Below are positions 21,301-39,307 of a DNA stretch of 64,000 nucleotides, in pieces. A model generated the notes under the pieces. It saw nothing but the letters and a program-made list of their open reading frames with translations. It was not told where the DNA came from and did no database searches. The DNA is from Escherichia phage vB_EcoM_112: sequence record NC_024125.2; one strand, written 5' to 3'. The position numbers were made by a program, and so were the translations under genes. Position 1 is the first letter of the stretch, and each line of letters begins with the position of its first letter.

Positions 21301-21395
21301 CGCAATTTAGAGATTTAGTTAATAAACGTCTAAAAGATAATATAGGAAATCCAAGAGACCCTGAAAATCCAACACAGGTTAAAATAGATGAATGA
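18297..21395 (+). CDS. 7: baseplate wedge protein gp7
   Basis: 1032 aa, T4 gp7 length and order. Confidence 0.9.
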   Translation: MTVKAPSVTSLRISKLSANQVQVRWDDVGANFYYFVEIAETKTDSGENLPSDQYRWINLGYTANNSFFFDDADPLTSYIIRVATAAQDFEQSDWVYTEEFETFATNAYTFQNMIEMQLANKFIQEKFTLNNSDYVNFNNDTIMAALMNESFQFSPSYVDVSSISNFIIGENEYHEIQGSIQQVCKDINRVYLMESEGILYLFERYQPVVKVSNDKGQTWKAVKLFNDRVGYPLSKTVYYQSANTTYVLGYDKIFYGRKSTDVRWSADDVRFSSQDITFAKLGDQLHLGFDVEIFATYATLPANVYRIAEAITCTDDYIYVVARDKVRYIKTSNAPIDSDPLSPTYSERLFEPDTMTITGNPKAVCYKMDSIGDKVFALIIGEVETLNANPRTSKIIDSADKGIYVLNHDEKTWKRVFGNTEEERRRIQPGYANMSTDGKLVSLSSSNFKFLSDNIVNDPETVVKYQLIGAVKYEFPREWLADKHYHMMAFIADEKSDWETFIPQPMKYYAEPFFNWSKKSNTRCWINNSDRAVVVYADLKYTKVIENIPETSPDRLVHEYWDDGDCTIVMPNVKFTGFKKYASGMLFYKASGEIISYYDFNYRVRDTVEIIWKPTGVFLKAFLQNQEHETPWSPEEERGLADPDLRPLIGTMMPDSYLLQDSNFEAFCEAYIQYLSDGYGTQYNNLRNLIRNQYPREEHAWEYLWSEIYKRNIYLNADKRDAVARFFESRSYDFYSTKGIEASYKFLFKVLYNEEVEIEIESGAGTEYDIIVQSDSLTEDLVGQTIYTATGRCNVTYIERSYSNGKLQWTVTIHNLLGRLIAGQEVKAERLPSFEGEIIRGVKGKDLLQNNIDYINRSRSYYVMKIKSNLPSSRWKSDVIRFVHPVGFGFIAITLLTMFINVGLTLKHTETIINKYKNYKWDSGLPTEYADRVAKLTPTGEIEHDSVTGEAIYEPGPMAGVEYPLPDDYNAENNNSIFQGQLPSERRKLMSPLFDASGTTFAQFRDLVNKRLKDNIGNPRDPENPTQVKIDE

Positions 21396-22392
21396 TTCAA
21401 GTGTTATCTATCGTGCGATAGTTACTTCAAAATTTAGAACAGAAAAAATGTTGAATTTTTATAATTCAATTGGAAGTGGTCCGGATAAAAACACTATCTT
21501 TATCACATTTGGAAGATCAGAACCGTGGTCATCAAATGAAAATGAGGTGGGCTTTGCCCCACCTTATCCAACCGATTCTGTATTAGGCGTAACTGACATG
21601 TGGACGCATATGATGGGAACAGTAAAGGTTCTTCCATCAATGCTTGATGCTGTTATTCCTCGTCGAGATTGGGGAGATACTAGATATCCGGATCCATACA
21701 CATTTAGAATTAACGATATTGTAGTGTGTAACTCAGCTCCTTACAATGCTACTGAATCAGGCGCAGGCTGGTTAGTATATCGTTGTTTAGATGTTCCTGA
21801 TACTGGAATGTGTTCAATAACATCTTTAACTGATAAGGATGAATGCCTCAAATTAGGTGGAAAATGGACACCTTCTGTTAGGTCAATGACTCCTCCTGAA
21901 GGCCGAGGAGATGCTGAAGGAACAATTGAACCTGGAGACGGATATGTTTGGGAATATCTATTTGAGATTCCGCCTGATGTATCTATAAATAGATGCACAA
22001 ATGAATATATCGTGGTTCCTTGGCCTGAGGAATTAAAAGAAGACCCGACTAGATGGGGGTATGAAGATAATCTCACTTGGCAGCAAGATGATTTTGGATT
22101 GATTTACCGAGTTAAGGCAAATACTATCCGTTTTAAAGCATATTTAGATTCAGTTTATTTTCCTGAAGCTGCATTGCCAGGAAATAAAGGATTTAGACAA
22201 ATATCAATAATCACGAATCCTCTTGAAGCTAAAGCTCATCCAAATGACCCAAACGTTAAAGCTGAAAAGGATTATTATGACCCAGAAGATTTAATGAGGC
22301 ATTCGGGCGAAATGATTTATATGGAAAATAGGCCACCTATTATTATGGCAATGGATCAAACAGAAGAAATCAATATTCTGTTTACATTTTAA
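21388..22392 (+). CDS. 8: baseplate wedge protein gp8
   Basis: 334 aa. Confidence 0.9.
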   Translation: MNDSSVIYRAIVTSKFRTEKMLNFYNSIGSGPDKNTIFITFGRSEPWSSNENEVGFAPPYPTDSVLGVTDMWTHMMGTVKVLPSMLDAVIPRRDWGDTRYPDPYTFRINDIVVCNSAPYNATESGAGWLVYRCLDVPDTGMCSITSLTDKDECLKLGGKWTPSVRSMTPPEGRGDAEGTIEPGDGYVWEYLFEIPPDVSINRCTNEYIVVPWPEELKEDPTRWGYEDNLTWQQDDFGLIYRVKANTIRFKAYLDSVYFPEAALPGNKGFRQISIITNPLEAKAHPNDPNVKAEKDYYDPEDLMRHSGEMIYMENRPPIIMAMDQTEEINILFTF

Positions 22393-22397
22393 ATTAA

Positions 22398-22432
22398 GGG
22401 AGCCCATAGGCTCCCTTTTTTCTTTATAAATA
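22398..22432 (+). promoter_or_regulatory. terminator hairpin plus late promoter TATAAATA upstream of gene 9
   Basis: gggagcccataggctccc then T6 (22398..22421); TATAAATA at 22425..22432. Confidence 0.6.
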
Positions 22433-22456
22433 TTATAAACTCATAAGGAAACCGCT

Positions 22457-23323
22457 ATGTTCATTCAAGAACCAAAGAAATTGATTGATACCGGCGAAAT
22501 TGGTAACGCTTCTACTGGTGATATCTTATTCGACGGTGGTAATAAAATTAATAGTGATTTTAACGCAATTTATAATGCGTTTGGCGATCAGCGTAAAATG
22601 GCAGTAGCAAATGGCACTGGAGCTGATGGTCAAATTATCCATGCTACTGGATATTATCAAAAACACTCTATTGCTGAGTATGCAACTCCAGTAAAAGTTG
22701 GCACTAGACATGATATTGATACCTCTACTGTAGGTGTTAAAGTTATCATTGAAAGAGGAGAACTTGGCGATTGTGTTGAATTCATTAACTCTAATGGATC
22801 AATATCAGTTACTAATCCTTTAACGATTCAGGCTATTGATTCAATTAAAGGTGTTTCAGGTAATTTGGTAGTAACTACTCCATATAGTAAAGTTACTTTA
22901 CGCTGTATTTCATCTGATAATTCTACGTCGGTTTGGAATTATTCTATTGAAAGCATGTTTGGTCAAAAGGAATCACCAGTTGAAGGTACGTGGAATATTT
23001 CTACATCTGGATTAGTTGACATTCCATTGTTTCATCGCACTGAATATAACATGGCTAAATTGTTAGTTACATGCCAGTCAGCAGATGGAAGAAAAATTAA
23101 AACAGCAGAAATAAATATTCTTGTGGATATTGTTAATTCAGAGGTCATTTCTTCTGAATATGCTGTCATGCGAGTTGGGAATGAAACCGAAGAAGACGAA
23201 ATCGCTAATATTGCATTTAGTATTAAAGAAAATTATGTAACGGCGACTATAAGTTCTTCAACTGTCGGTATGAGAGCAGCAGTTAAAGTTATCGCTACGC
23301 AGAAAATCGGGGTGGCTCAATAA
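22457..23323 (+). CDS. 9: baseplate protein gp9 (long tail fibre socket)
   Basis: 288 aa. Confidence 0.9.
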   Translation: MFIQEPKKLIDTGEIGNASTGDILFDGGNKINSDFNAIYNAFGDQRKMAVANGTGADGQIIHATGYYQKHSIAEYATPVKVGTRHDIDTSTVGVKVIIERGELGDCVEFINSNGSISVTNPLTIQAIDSIKGVSGNLVVTTPYSKVTLRCISSDNSTSVWNYSIESMFGQKESPVEGTWNISTSGLVDIPLFHRTEYNMAKLLVTCQSADGRKIKTAEINILVDIVNSEVISSEYAVMRVGNETEEDEIANIAFSIKENYVTATISSSTVGMRAAVKVIATQKIGVAQ

Positions 23324-25128
23324 TGAAACAAAATATTAATATCGGTAATGTTGTAGATGATGGTACCGGTGACTACCTGCGTAAAGGTGGTATAAAAATA
23401 AATGAAAACTTTGATGAGCTTTATTACGAGCTTGGTGACGGTGATGTTCCATATTCAGCTGGTGCCTGGAAAACTTATAATGCTTCATCAGGACAAACAT
23501 TAACAGCAGAATGGGGAAAATCATATGCCATTAACACTTCATCTGGAAGAGTAACTCTACAACTTCCTAAAGGAACCGTTAATGATTATAATAAAGTAAT
23601 TAAAGCTAGGGATGTATTTGCAACATGGAATGTTAATCCAGTTACTCTAGTAGCCGCTTCTGGTGATACTATTAAAGGATCATCGTCATCAGTTGAAATT
23701 AATGTTCAATTTAGCGATTTAGAATTAGTTTATTGTGCTCCAGGACGTTGGGAATATGTCAAAAACAAACAAATTGACAAAATTATTAGTTCAGATATTA
23801 GTAATGTAGCACGTAAAGAATTTTTAGTCGAAGTTCAAGGACAAACAGACTTTTTAGATGTTTTCCGTGGAACTAGCTATAATGTTAATAACATCCGAGT
23901 AAAACACCGCGGTAATGAATTATATTATGGCGATGTATTTAGTGAAAACAGTGACTTTGGCTCTCCTGGGGAAAATGAAGGAGAATTGATTCCTCTTGAT
24001 GGATTTAATATTAGGTTAAGACAGCCTTGTAATATTGGTGACACTGTTCAAATTGAAACATTTATGGATGGTGTATCACAATGGAGAAGTTCATATACAA
24101 GACGCCAAATAAAAGTATTAGATTCAAAATTAACGTCAAAAACTTCTTTAGAAGGAAGTATTTACGTTACTGATTTATCAACAATGAAATCAATTCCATT
24201 CTCTGCATTTGGATTAATTCCTGGAGAACCTATTAATCCTAATTCTCTTGAAGTTCGTTTTAATGGAATTTTACAACAACAAGCTGGAACAGCCGGATAT
24301 CCTCTGTTTTTGTGTGAAGGTGCTAATTCAGATACGCAAGCAGGATGTATATCTCTTGGTGGTGAATGGAAAGAATCGAATACAGATTATTCTATAGAAT
24401 ATGAAGATGGAAAACCTGTCAGTCTTTTATTTGATAGAAAATTTGAATCTGGCGATATAATCGTTATAACATGGTTCAATAATGATTTAGGAACTCTTTT
24501 AGAAAAAGATGACATTATTGAATTAACTGATGACCGTTATGTTAGTAAAGGATCATCTACTGAAGTTACTGGTGATGTAGCCTTAACAGATTTTGATAAA
24601 ATCGGTTGGCCAAATGTTGAAAAAGTTGATTCTTATACTAGAACGTATAATTCAATATCATCTATTTTCGACAGCATTTATCCTGTTGGTTCAATTTATG
24701 AAAATGCTATAAATCCAAATAATCCAGTGACTTATATGGGATTTGGTTCATGGAAATTATTTGGTAAAGGGCAGGTTTTAGTAGGATGGAATGATGATGT
24801 TACAGATCCAAACTTTGCATTAAACAATAATGATTTAGATTCTAGCGGAAATCCTTCACATACCGCCGGTGGAACAGTTGGTACAACATCAGTAACGCTT
24901 GAAAACGCAAATCTTCCTGCGACTAAAACTGATGAAAGAGTTTTAATTGAAGACGAAAATGGATCAGTTATTATTGGAGGATGTCAATATGACCCAGACG
25001 AAACTGGTCCTATATATACAAAATATCGTGAAGACTACGCAACAACAAACTCTTCACATACTCCTCCTACTAATATTAGTAATATTCAACCGTCTATTAC
25101 TGTATACCGTTGGATAAGGATTGCATAA
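23323..25128 (+). CDS. 10: baseplate wedge protein gp10
   Basis: 601 aa. Confidence 0.9.
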   Translation: MKQNINIGNVVDDGTGDYLRKGGIKINENFDELYYELGDGDVPYSAGAWKTYNASSGQTLTAEWGKSYAINTSSGRVTLQLPKGTVNDYNKVIKARDVFATWNVNPVTLVAASGDTIKGSSSSVEINVQFSDLELVYCAPGRWEYVKNKQIDKIISSDISNVARKEFLVEVQGQTDFLDVFRGTSYNVNNIRVKHRGNELYYGDVFSENSDFGSPGENEGELIPLDGFNIRLRQPCNIGDTVQIETFMDGVSQWRSSYTRRQIKVLDSKLTSKTSLEGSIYVTDLSTMKSIPFSAFGLIPGEPINPNSLEVRFNGILQQQAGTAGYPLFLCEGANSDTQAGCISLGGEWKESNTDYSIEYEDGKPVSLLFDRKFESGDIIVITWFNNDLGTLLEKDDIIELTDDRYVSKGSSTEVTGDVALTDFDKIGWPNVEKVDSYTRTYNSISSIFDSIYPVGSIYENAINPNNPVTYMGFGSWKLFGKGQVLVGWNDDVTDPNFALNNNDLDSSGNPSHTAGGTVGTTSVTLENANLPATKTDERVLIEDENGSVIIGGCQYDPDETGPIYTKYREDYATTNSSHTPPTNISNIQPSITVYRWIRIA

Positions 25129-25787
25129 TGAGTTTACTTAATAATAAAGCGGGAGTTATTTCCCGCTTAGCAGATTTTCTTGGTTTTAGAACTAAGAAAA
25201 ATGATATTTCGGTTATGAATAATCAGCCGGTAGGCGCTGTAACAATTTCACAAATAGCAAAAGGTTTTTATGACCCAAATGTAGAATCTGCTATCAATGA
25301 TGTTAGAAATATGGCAGAGCAACAGGTTGGAGCTGTATTAATTAATATAAGCGGCGTATCTCCTACTGGAGTGCAACAAACAGACTATTGGTCATTTGAA
25401 GGAACTGTTACTGATACTTCAGCCAAACCAGGTGACCCAGTTATTGTTAACATGTTTGGTATTCCAGTTAAAGCTACTAACGGAATGACTTCAATTGAAT
25501 TTACCAGTGCCGTTAGAATAGCTCTACAGGAAATGGTTGCAAAATTTATTGCAATTGATTCATTTGAAGACCATCCTACTATAGGGAATAAAATACAAGT
25601 TAAGTATTTAGATAACCAAGAACATATCTTAGAGCAATACTCTGATAAAGGAATTACTTTCAAACAAGAAATAATTTCTCCTTCTAAACCTGGATATGGA
25701 ACTTGGCAATTATTAGGTGCGCAAACTGTCACGTTAGATAGTCACACACAACCTACAGTATTTTATTATTTTGAGAGAATAGCATGA
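25128..25787 (+). CDS. 11: baseplate wedge protein gp11
   Basis: 219 aa from ATG 25128 ([20 protein letters not shown]). Confidence 0.9.
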   Translation: MSLLNNKAGVISRLADFLGFRTKKNDISVMNNQPVGAVTISQIAKGFYDPNVESAINDVRNMAEQQVGAVLINISGVSPTGVQQTDYWSFEGTVTDTSAKPGDPVIVNMFGIPVKATNGMTSIEFTSAVRIALQEMVAKFIAIDSFEDHPTIGNKIQVKYLDNQEHILEQYSDKGITFKQEIISPSKPGYGTWQLLGAQTVTLDSHTQPTVFYYFERIA

Positions 25788-27334
25788 GTAATAATACATA
25801 TCAGCACGTATCAAATGAATCAAAATATGTTAAATTCGATCCAGTGGGATCGAATTTTCCTGACACTGTTACGACGGTGCAGTCTGCATTATCAAAAATA
25901 AGTAATATCGGCGTAAATGGTATTCCTGATGCAACTATGGAAGTTAAAGGAATAGCAATGATTGCATCAGAGCAAGAGGTTTTAGATGGAACAAATAATT
26001 CTAAAATCGTTACACCAGCTACATTAGCAACAAGATTATTGTATCCAAATGCTACTGAAACTAAATATGGTTTAACGCGCTATTCAACAAATGAAGAAAC
26101 ATTAGAAGGCTCAGATAATAATTCATCAATAACACCGCAAAAACTGAAATACCATACTGATGATGTGTTCCAAAATAGATATTCGTCTGAGTCATCAAAC
26201 GGGGTTATTAAAATATCATCTACGCCTGCAGCTTTGGCTGGTGTCGATGATACTACGGCGATGACTCCGCTGAAAACCCAAAAACTTGCAATAAAATTAA
26301 TTTCACAAATAGCTCCTTCAGAAGACACTGCAACAGAATCTGTGAGAGGAGTAGTTCAATTATCTACTGTTGCACAAACTCGTCAAGGAACTCTCCGCGA
26401 AGGATATGCAATTTCCCCGTATACCTTTATGAATTCTGTTGCAACACAAGAATATAAGGGTGTTATACGTCTAGGAACACAAGCAGAAATTAATAATAAT
26501 TTGGGGGATGTTGCAGTAACAGGTGAAACACTAAATGGTCGAGGAGCTACCGGTTCTATGCGTGGGGTAGTAAAATTAACGACGCAAGCTGGTATTGCTC
26601 CTGAAGGTGATAGCTCTGGGGCATTAGCCTGGAACGCAGATGTAATTAATACTCGTGGTGGACAAACTATTAATGGTTCTTTAAATTTAGATCATCTCAC
26701 AGCAAATGGAATTTGGTCGCGCGGCGGAATGTGGAAAAATGGCGATCAACCTGTTGCCACTGAAAGATATGCGTCCGAAAGGGTTCCGGTTGGAACTATT
26801 ATGATGTTTGCGGGTGATTCAGCACCTCCAGGTTGGATTATGTGTCATGGTGGAACTGTGTCAGGAGATCAATATCCTGATTATAGAAACACAGTTGGAA
26901 CAAGATTTGGTGGGGATTGGAATAATCCAGGGATTCCTGATATGCGAGGTCTTTTCGTCAGAGGAGCGGGCACAGGTGGTCATATTTTAAATCAACGAGG
27001 ACAAGATGGTTATGGGAAGGATAGACTTGGTGTAGGATGTGATGGAATGCATGTTGGTGGTGTTCAAGCGCAACAAATGTCATACCATAAACATGCTGGT
27101 GGTTGGGGAGAATATAACAGAAGTGAAGGTCCATTTGGCGCGTCTGTTTATCAAGGATATCTTGGAACTAGAAAATATGCCGACTGGGATAACGCTTCAT
27201 ACTTCACCAATGATGGATTTGAATTAGGTGGACCGAGAGATGCCCTTGGTACACTTAATCGTGAAGGATTAATTGGTTATGAAACTAGACCATGGAATAT
27301 ATCATTAAACTATATTATTAAAATTCATTACTAA
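25784..27334 (+). CDS. 12: short tail fibre gp12
   Basis: 516 aa, [20 protein letters not shown]...; somewhat shorter than my recollection of T4 gp12. Confidence 0.9.
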   Translation: MSNNTYQHVSNESKYVKFDPVGSNFPDTVTTVQSALSKISNIGVNGIPDATMEVKGIAMIASEQEVLDGTNNSKIVTPATLATRLLYPNATETKYGLTRYSTNEETLEGSDNNSSITPQKLKYHTDDVFQNRYSSESSNGVIKISSTPAALAGVDDTTAMTPLKTQKLAIKLISQIAPSEDTATESVRGVVQLSTVAQTRQGTLREGYAISPYTFMNSVATQEYKGVIRLGTQAEINNNLGDVAVTGETLNGRGATGSMRGVVKLTTQAGIAPEGDSSGALAWNADVINTRGGQTINGSLNLDHLTANGIWSRGGMWKNGDQPVATERYASERVPVGTIMMFAGDSAPPGWIMCHGGTVSGDQYPDYRNTVGTRFGGDWNNPGIPDMRGLFVRGAGTGGHILNQRGQDGYGKDRLGVGCDGMHVGGVQAQQMSYHKHAGGWGEYNRSEGPFGASVYQGYLGTRKYADWDNASYFTNDGFELGGPRDALGTLNREGLIGYETRPWNISLNYIIKIHY

Positions 27335-27343
27335 GGATTACAA

Positions 27344-28801
27344 ATGATTGAATTAAAAGATTTACCTTTTGTTGATAGCGTTCCTGGCGAAGGTCAGGAA
27401 CGTATTTCATGGATTAAAAATGGTGAAGAAATACTAGGAGCTAGTACTAAGTATGGAAACGATGGATCAATGAATAGACCAACTGTTTCCGTGTTTAAAA
27501 ATGTCGAAGTTCTTGATGAAAATGTGGGAATTCTTAAAACTGCCGTTGAAACATCGCAGGAAGATATTAAAACAATTCAAGGCATTTTAGATGTATCAGG
27601 AGATATAGAAGCACTATCGCAGATCAGCGTTAATAAAAATGATATATCAAATTTAAAGACACTCACAAATGAACACACTGATATATTAAATGGTACAAAT
27701 ACCACAGTTGACCGCATTCTTTCTGATATAGGTCCATTTAATGAGCAAGCAAATTCAGTTTATAGAACGATTAGAAATGATTTGCTGTGGATTAAAAGGG
27801 AATTAGGGCAATATGCTGGGCAAGATATTAATGGTCTTCCTGTTGTAGGAAATAACAGCACGGGAATGAAGCACCGCATCATTAATAATACAGATGCTAT
27901 AACTTCCCAAGGAATACGTCTAAGTGATTTGGAAGAAAAATTTATTGAATCTGATGTAGGTTCGCTTACAATCGAAGTAGGAAATCTTAGACAGGAATTA
28001 GGACAAAGACCATCTTCATTTAGTGAAAGCATATATTCGCGTGTGCATAATTTAGATCAAGCACAAATTGATCTAAATTCTGAAATTAAATTTATAAAAA
28101 CTTCTATTGGATATCCAGGAAATACTTCTATAATCACAGATGTCAATGTCAATAGTCAAGAAATTTCAGCTTTAAATGATGAACTAAATAAAAGCGGAGG
28201 TGTTAAACAACGATTAACTATTATTGAAACATCGATTGGTTCAGATGATATTCCTTCTAGTATTAAAGGTCGAATTAAAGATAATACTACTTCTATTGAA
28301 TCTTTAAATGGAATTGTAGGTGAAAACACCTCGTCTGGTTTAAGAGCCAATGTTTCATGGTTAAACCAAATTGTTGGAACTGATTCTAGCGGTGGACAAC
28401 CTTCTCCTCCTGGGTCTCTTTTAAATAGAATTTCAACAGTTGAAACTTCCGTTAATAGATTGAACAATGATGTTCAAAACTTACAAGTTGAAATTGGTAA
28501 TAACAATTCCGGAATTAAAGGACAAGTTGTAGCATTAAATAAATTAGTAAATGGAACAAATCCAAATGGTTCAACTGTCGAAGAACGCGGATTGACTAAT
28601 TCAATAAAAGCTAATGAGACTAACATTGCTTCAATTAATCAAGAGATTCGTAGCATTAAAAGCGATGTATCTTCATTACAAAGGGATGTCCAGACTTTAC
28701 AGGAAGCCGGTTATATTCCTGAAGCTCCAAGAGATGGGCAAGCTTACGTTCGTAAAGACGGCGAATGGGTATTGCTTTCTACCTTTTTATCACCAGCATA
28801 A
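27344..28801 (+). CDS. wac: fibritin (whisker)
   Basis: 485 aa coiled-coil protein; C-terminal foldon [27 protein letters not shown]. Confidence 0.95.
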   Translation: MIELKDLPFVDSVPGEGQERISWIKNGEEILGASTKYGNDGSMNRPTVSVFKNVEVLDENVGILKTAVETSQEDIKTIQGILDVSGDIEALSQISVNKNDISNLKTLTNEHTDILNGTNTTVDRILSDIGPFNEQANSVYRTIRNDLLWIKRELGQYAGQDINGLPVVGNNSTGMKHRIINNTDAITSQGIRLSDLEEKFIESDVGSLTIEVGNLRQELGQRPSSFSESIYSRVHNLDQAQIDLNSEIKFIKTSIGYPGNTSIITDVNVNSQEISALNDELNKSGGVKQRLTIIETSIGSDDIPSSIKGRIKDNTTSIESLNGIVGENTSSGLRANVSWLNQIVGTDSSGGQPSPPGSLLNRISTVETSVNRLNNDVQNLQVEIGNNNSGIKGQVVALNKLVNGTNPNGSTVEERGLTNSIKANETNIASINQEIRSIKSDVSSLQRDVQTLQEAGYIPEAPRDGQAYVRKDGEWVLLSTFLSPA

Positions 28802-28832
28802 CATGGGGCCGCAAGGCCCCAAAGGATTTTAA

Positions 28833-30534
<1,702 letters not shown>

Positions 30535-30541
30535 TAAATAT

Positions 30542-30549
30542 TATAAATA
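30542..30549 (+). promoter_or_regulatory. late promoter TATAAATA upstream of gene 15
   Basis: exact TATAAATA about 35 nt upstream of ATG 30585. Confidence 0.55.
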
Positions 30550-30584
30550 TTATAAACTAATTAAAGCCCAGATTAGGAGAAATC

Positions 30585-33722
<3,138 letters not shown>

Positions 33723-33753
33723 ATATATTAAAGCATATTAAAGAGGATTAAAA

Positions 33754-35733
33754 ATGACTTTATTATCTCCGGGCATTGAGCTCAAAGAAACTACGGTTCA
33801 AAGCACCGTGGTTAATAACTCTACTGGTACAGCAGCTTTGGCCGGTAAATTCCAGTGGGGTCCTGCTTTTCAGATTAAACAGGTTACAAATGAAGTAGAT
33901 TTAGTTAATACTTTTGGTCAACCAACCGCTGAAACTGCTGACTATTTTATGTCTGCGATGAATTTCTTGCAGTACGGAAATGACTTACGAGTAGTTCGTG
34001 CTGTTGATAGAGATACCGCTAAAAACTCATCACCAATTGCTGGTAATATTGAATACACAATTTCTACCCCAGGTAGTAACTATGCGGTTGGAGATAAAAT
34101 CACGGTCAAATATGTTTCAGATGATATTGAAACTGAAGGTAAAATTACTGAAGTAGACGCAGATGGAAAAATTAAGAAAATTAATATTCCTACTGCAAAA
34201 ATTATCGCTAAAGCTAAAGAAGTCGGTGAATATCCAGAATTAGGTTCTAACTGGACTGCGGAAATTTCTTCGTCTTCCTCTGGTTTAGCTGCAGTAATAA
34301 CTCTTGGAAAAATTATTACTGATTCTGGTATTTTATTAGCTGAAATTGAAAATGCTGAAGCTGCTATGACAGCGGTTGACTTTCAAGCAAATCTCGAAAA
34401 ATACGGAATTCCAGGAGTAGTAGCTCTTTATCCAGGCGAATTAGGCGATAAAATTGAAATTGAAATCGTATCTAAAGCTGACTATGCAAAAGGAGCTTCT
34501 GCATTACTCCCAATTTATCCGGGCGGTGGTACTCGCGCATCTACTGCTAAAGCAGTGTTTGGATATGGACCACAAACTGATTCACAGTACGCTATTATAG
34601 TTCGTCGTAATGATGCTATTGTTCAAAGCGTTGTTCTTTCGACTAAGCGTGGTGAAAAAGATATTTACGATAGTAACATCTATATCGATGACTTTTTCGC
34701 AAAAGGCGGCTCAGAATATATTTTTGCAACTGCACAAAACTGGCCAGAAGGCTTCTCTGGAATTTTAACTCTGTCTGGTGGATTATCATCAAATGCTGAA
34801 GTAACAGCAGGAGATTTGATGGAAGCTTGGGACTTCTTTGCTGACCGTGAATCTGTTGACGTTCAACTGTTTATTGCGGGTTCTTGTGCCGGTGAATCTT
34901 TAGAAACAGCATCTACTGTCCAAAAACACGTCGTTTCAATTGGGGATGCTCGCCAAGATTGCTTAGTATTGTGCTCACCGCCGCGTGAAACTGTAGTTGG
35001 AATTCCTGTAACTCGTGCTGTTGATAACTTAGTCAATTGGAGAACTGCAGCAGGTTCATACACTGATAATAACTTTAATATCAGTTCAACCTATGCAGCA
35101 ATTGATGGTAACTATAAGTATCAGTATGACAAATATAATGATGTGAATCGTTGGGTTCCATTAGCAGCTGATATTGCTGGTTTATGCGCAAGAACTGATA
35201 ACGTATCTCAGACTTGGATGTCTCCAGCTGGTTATAATCGTGGTCAGATTCTTAACGTTATTAAACTGGCTATTGAAACTCGCCAGGCTCAGCGCGACCG
35301 TTTATACCAAGAAGCTATCAACCCAGTAACTGGTACAGGTGGTGATGGTTACGTATTGTATGGTGATAAAACAGCTACTTCTGTTCCTTCTCCATTTGAT
35401 CGTATTAACGTTCGTCGTCTGTTTAATATGTTGAAAACGAATATCGGACGTAGTTCAAAATATCGTTTGTTCGAATTAAACAACGCGTTTACTCGTTCAT
35501 CATTCCGCACAGAAACTGCCCAGTACTTACAGGGAATTAAAGCTCTCGGTGGAATTTATGAATATCGTGTAGTTTGCGATACAACAAATAACACTCCGTC
35601 AGTAATTGATAGAAATGAGTTTGTTGCAACATTCTACATCCAACCGGCGCGCAGTATAAATTATATCCAACTTAATTTCGTCGCAACTGCTACTGGTGCA
35701 GATTTCGATGAGTTAACTGGTCTTGCAGGTTAA
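33754..35733 (+). CDS. 18: tail sheath protein gp18
   Basis: 659 aa. Confidence 0.95.
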   Translation: MTLLSPGIELKETTVQSTVVNNSTGTAALAGKFQWGPAFQIKQVTNEVDLVNTFGQPTAETADYFMSAMNFLQYGNDLRVVRAVDRDTAKNSSPIAGNIEYTISTPGSNYAVGDKITVKYVSDDIETEGKITEVDADGKIKKINIPTAKIIAKAKEVGEYPELGSNWTAEISSSSSGLAAVITLGKIITDSGILLAEIENAEAAMTAVDFQANLEKYGIPGVVALYPGELGDKIEIEIVSKADYAKGASALLPIYPGGGTRASTAKAVFGYGPQTDSQYAIIVRRNDAIVQSVVLSTKRGEKDIYDSNIYIDDFFAKGGSEYIFATAQNWPEGFSGILTLSGGLSSNAEVTAGDLMEAWDFFADRESVDVQLFIAGSCAGESLETASTVQKHVVSIGDARQDCLVLCSPPRETVVGIPVTRAVDNLVNWRTAAGSYTDNNFNISSTYAAIDGNYKYQYDKYNDVNRWVPLAADIAGLCARTDNVSQTWMSPAGYNRGQILNVIKLAIETRQAQRDRLYQEAINPVTGTGGDGYVLYGDKTATSVPSPFDRINVRRLFNMLKTNIGRSSKYRLFELNNAFTRSSFRTETAQYLQGIKALGGIYEYRVVCDTTNNTPSVIDRNEFVATFYIQPARSINYIQLNFVATATGADFDELTGLAG

Positions 35734-35768
35734 TACGGTGCATTCTAAAGGCCTGTTTCGGCAGGCCA

Positions 35769-35835
35769 TATAAATACACTATATCCTTAATTCTTTAATT
35801 CTATATGCCCTAGGTTAAACATAGGGATATAAATA
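35769..35835 (+). promoter_or_regulatory. two late promoters TATAAATA upstream of gene 19, after a hairpin
   Basis: TATAAATA at 35769..35776 and 35828..35835; hairpin ggcctg-tttcgg-caggcc just upstream. Confidence 0.55.
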
Positions 35836-35849
35836 CTACAGAGGCTAAT

Positions 35850-36341
35850 ATGTTTGTAGATGATGTAACACGAGCGTTTGAATCTGGTGATTTTGCTCGA
35901 CCTAACTTATTCCAAGTAGAAATTTCCTATCTTGGACAAAATTTTACGTTTCAATGTAAAGCCACTGCTTTACCAGCTGGTATTGTAGAAAAAATTCCAG
36001 TCGGATTTATGAACCGTAAAATTAACGTAGCAGGCGATCGTACATTCGATGACTGGACTGTTACAGTAATGAACGATGAAGCTCATGATGCTCGCCAGAA
36101 GTTTGTTGATTGGCAAAGCATTGCTGCGGGACAAGGAAACGAAATTACTGGTGGAAAACCTGCAGAGTATAAAAAGAGCGCTATCGTTCGTCAATATGCT
36201 CGTGACGCTAAAACAGTAACAAAAGAAATTGAAATTAAAGGTCTGTGGCCTACTAACGTGGGTGAACTTCAATTAGATTGGGATTCAAACAATGAAATCC
36301 AAACATTTGAAGTAACTCTTGCTCTCGATTATTGGGAATAA
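35850..36341 (+). CDS. 19: tail tube protein gp19
   Basis: 163 aa. Confidence 0.95.
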   Translation: MFVDDVTRAFESGDFARPNLFQVEISYLGQNFTFQCKATALPAGIVEKIPVGFMNRKINVAGDRTFDDWTVTVMNDEAHDARQKFVDWQSIAAGQGNEITGGKPAEYKKSAIVRQYARDAKTVTKEIEIKGLWPTNVGELQLDWDSNNEIQTFEVTLALDYWE

Positions 36342-36373
36342 AATGAATGGGGAGAAATCCCCATCCTGCTTAA

Positions 36374-37998
<1,625 letters not shown>

Positions 37999-37999
<1 letters not shown>

Positions 38000-38214
38000 T
38001 GGAAGGTTTAATTGAAGCTATTAAATCAAACGACCTCGTAGCCGCTCGTAAATTATTTGCTGAAGCCATGGCTGCAAGAACGATTGATTTAATTAAAGAA
38101 GAAAAAATCGCTATCGCTCGTAATTTCTTAATCGAAGGTGAAGAACCTGAAGACGAGGATGATGACGAAGACGAAGACTCTGATGAAGATGACGAAGACG
38201 AGGATGATGAATAA
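37999..38214 (+). CDS. 67: prohead core protein gp67
   Basis: 71 aa with poly-acidic C-terminal tail; ATGA overlap with gene 20. Confidence 0.8.
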
Positions 38215-38639
38215 TGCTTCTGATCCCTGAAACTCATGAATTAGTTCTCGAGAATGTCGAAGCACTTATTCCTGAAGCACAGGGTCGCTTTGACGAATTG
38301 TCTTCTGCTTTAAATAAAGACGATATAAATACAATTGTCGAGAATATGCTTGATGATGAAACTGATTTAGCGGTTGCATTAGCTTCTATTAATGAAAACA
38401 TGCCGTTAAATGAATTCATTGTTAAGCACGTTTCAGCTCGTGGTGAAATTACTCGCACTAAAGACCGCAAAACGCGTGAACGAAATGCATTTCAAACCAC
38501 TGGGCTGTCTAAAGCAAAACGTAGACAAATTGCTCGTAAAGCTACCAAAACGAAGATTGCCAATCCAGCAGGTCAATCTCGTGCTCAGCGTAAGCGTAAA
38601 AAAGCTCTTAAACGCCGTAAAGCATTAGGATTAAGCTAA
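38214..38639 (+). CDS. 68: prohead core protein gp68
   Basis: 141 aa, basic C-terminus. Confidence 0.8.
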
Positions 38640-39277
38640 TGAATGAACCCCAATTACTAATTGAAACTTGGGGTCAACCTGGCGAAATTATTGATGGCGT
38701 ACCAATGCTTGAATCTCATGATGGAAAAGACTTAGGTTTAAAACCGGGTTTATACATCGAAGGAATATTCATGCAAGCGGAAGTCGTCAATAGAAATAAA
38801 CGTCTTTATCCAAAACGTATATTAGAAAAAGCGGTAAAAGACTATATTAATGAGCAAGTTTTAACTAAACAAGCTCTCGGAGAATTAAATCATCCTCCAC
38901 GCGCTAATGTTGACCCGATGCAAGCCGCTATCATTATAGAAGATATGTGGTGGAAAGGAAATGACGTATACGGACGAGCTCGTGTTATTGAAGGTGACCA
39001 TGGTCCTGGAGATAAATTAGCAGCTAATATTCGTGCCGGATGGATTCCAGGAGTTTCTTCTCGTGGATTAGGTTCATTGACTGACACAAATAAAGGTTAT
39101 CGTATCGTAAACGAAGGATTCAAATTAACTGTAGGTGTTGATGCAGTATGGGGTCCAAGTGCTCCAGATGCATGGGTAACTCCTAAGGAAATTACCGAAT
39201 CACAGACGGCGGAAGCCGATACAAGTGCCGATGACGCCTATATGGCTCTCGCAGAGGCCATGAAAAAAGCGTTATAA
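38639..39277 (+). CDS. 21: prohead core protease gp21
   Basis: 212 aa. Confidence 0.9.
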   Translation: MNEPQLLIETWGQPGEIIDGVPMLESHDGKDLGLKPGLYIEGIFMQAEVVNRNKRLYPKRILEKAVKDYINEQVLTKQALGELNHPPRANVDPMQAAIIIEDMWWKGNDVYGRARVIEGDHGPGDKLAANIRAGWIPGVSSRGLGSLTDTNKGYRIVNEGFKLTVGVDAVWGPSAPDAWVTPKEITESQTAEADTSADDAYMALAEAMKKAL

Positions 39278-39307
39278 ATATTATTATCTAAACAACAGGA
39301 CTACAAA

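Noticed and set aside
20125-22076. Minus-strand ORFs of 66-119 aa inside genes 7 and 8
   Set aside because: Embedded antisense in conserved structural genes; no RBS; considered spurious.
38140-38214. Tandem GAx trinucleotide repeat
   Set aside because: It is the coding sequence for the Asp/Glu tail of gp67 (…[21 protein letters not shown]); a coding low-complexity tract rather than a non-coding satellite.
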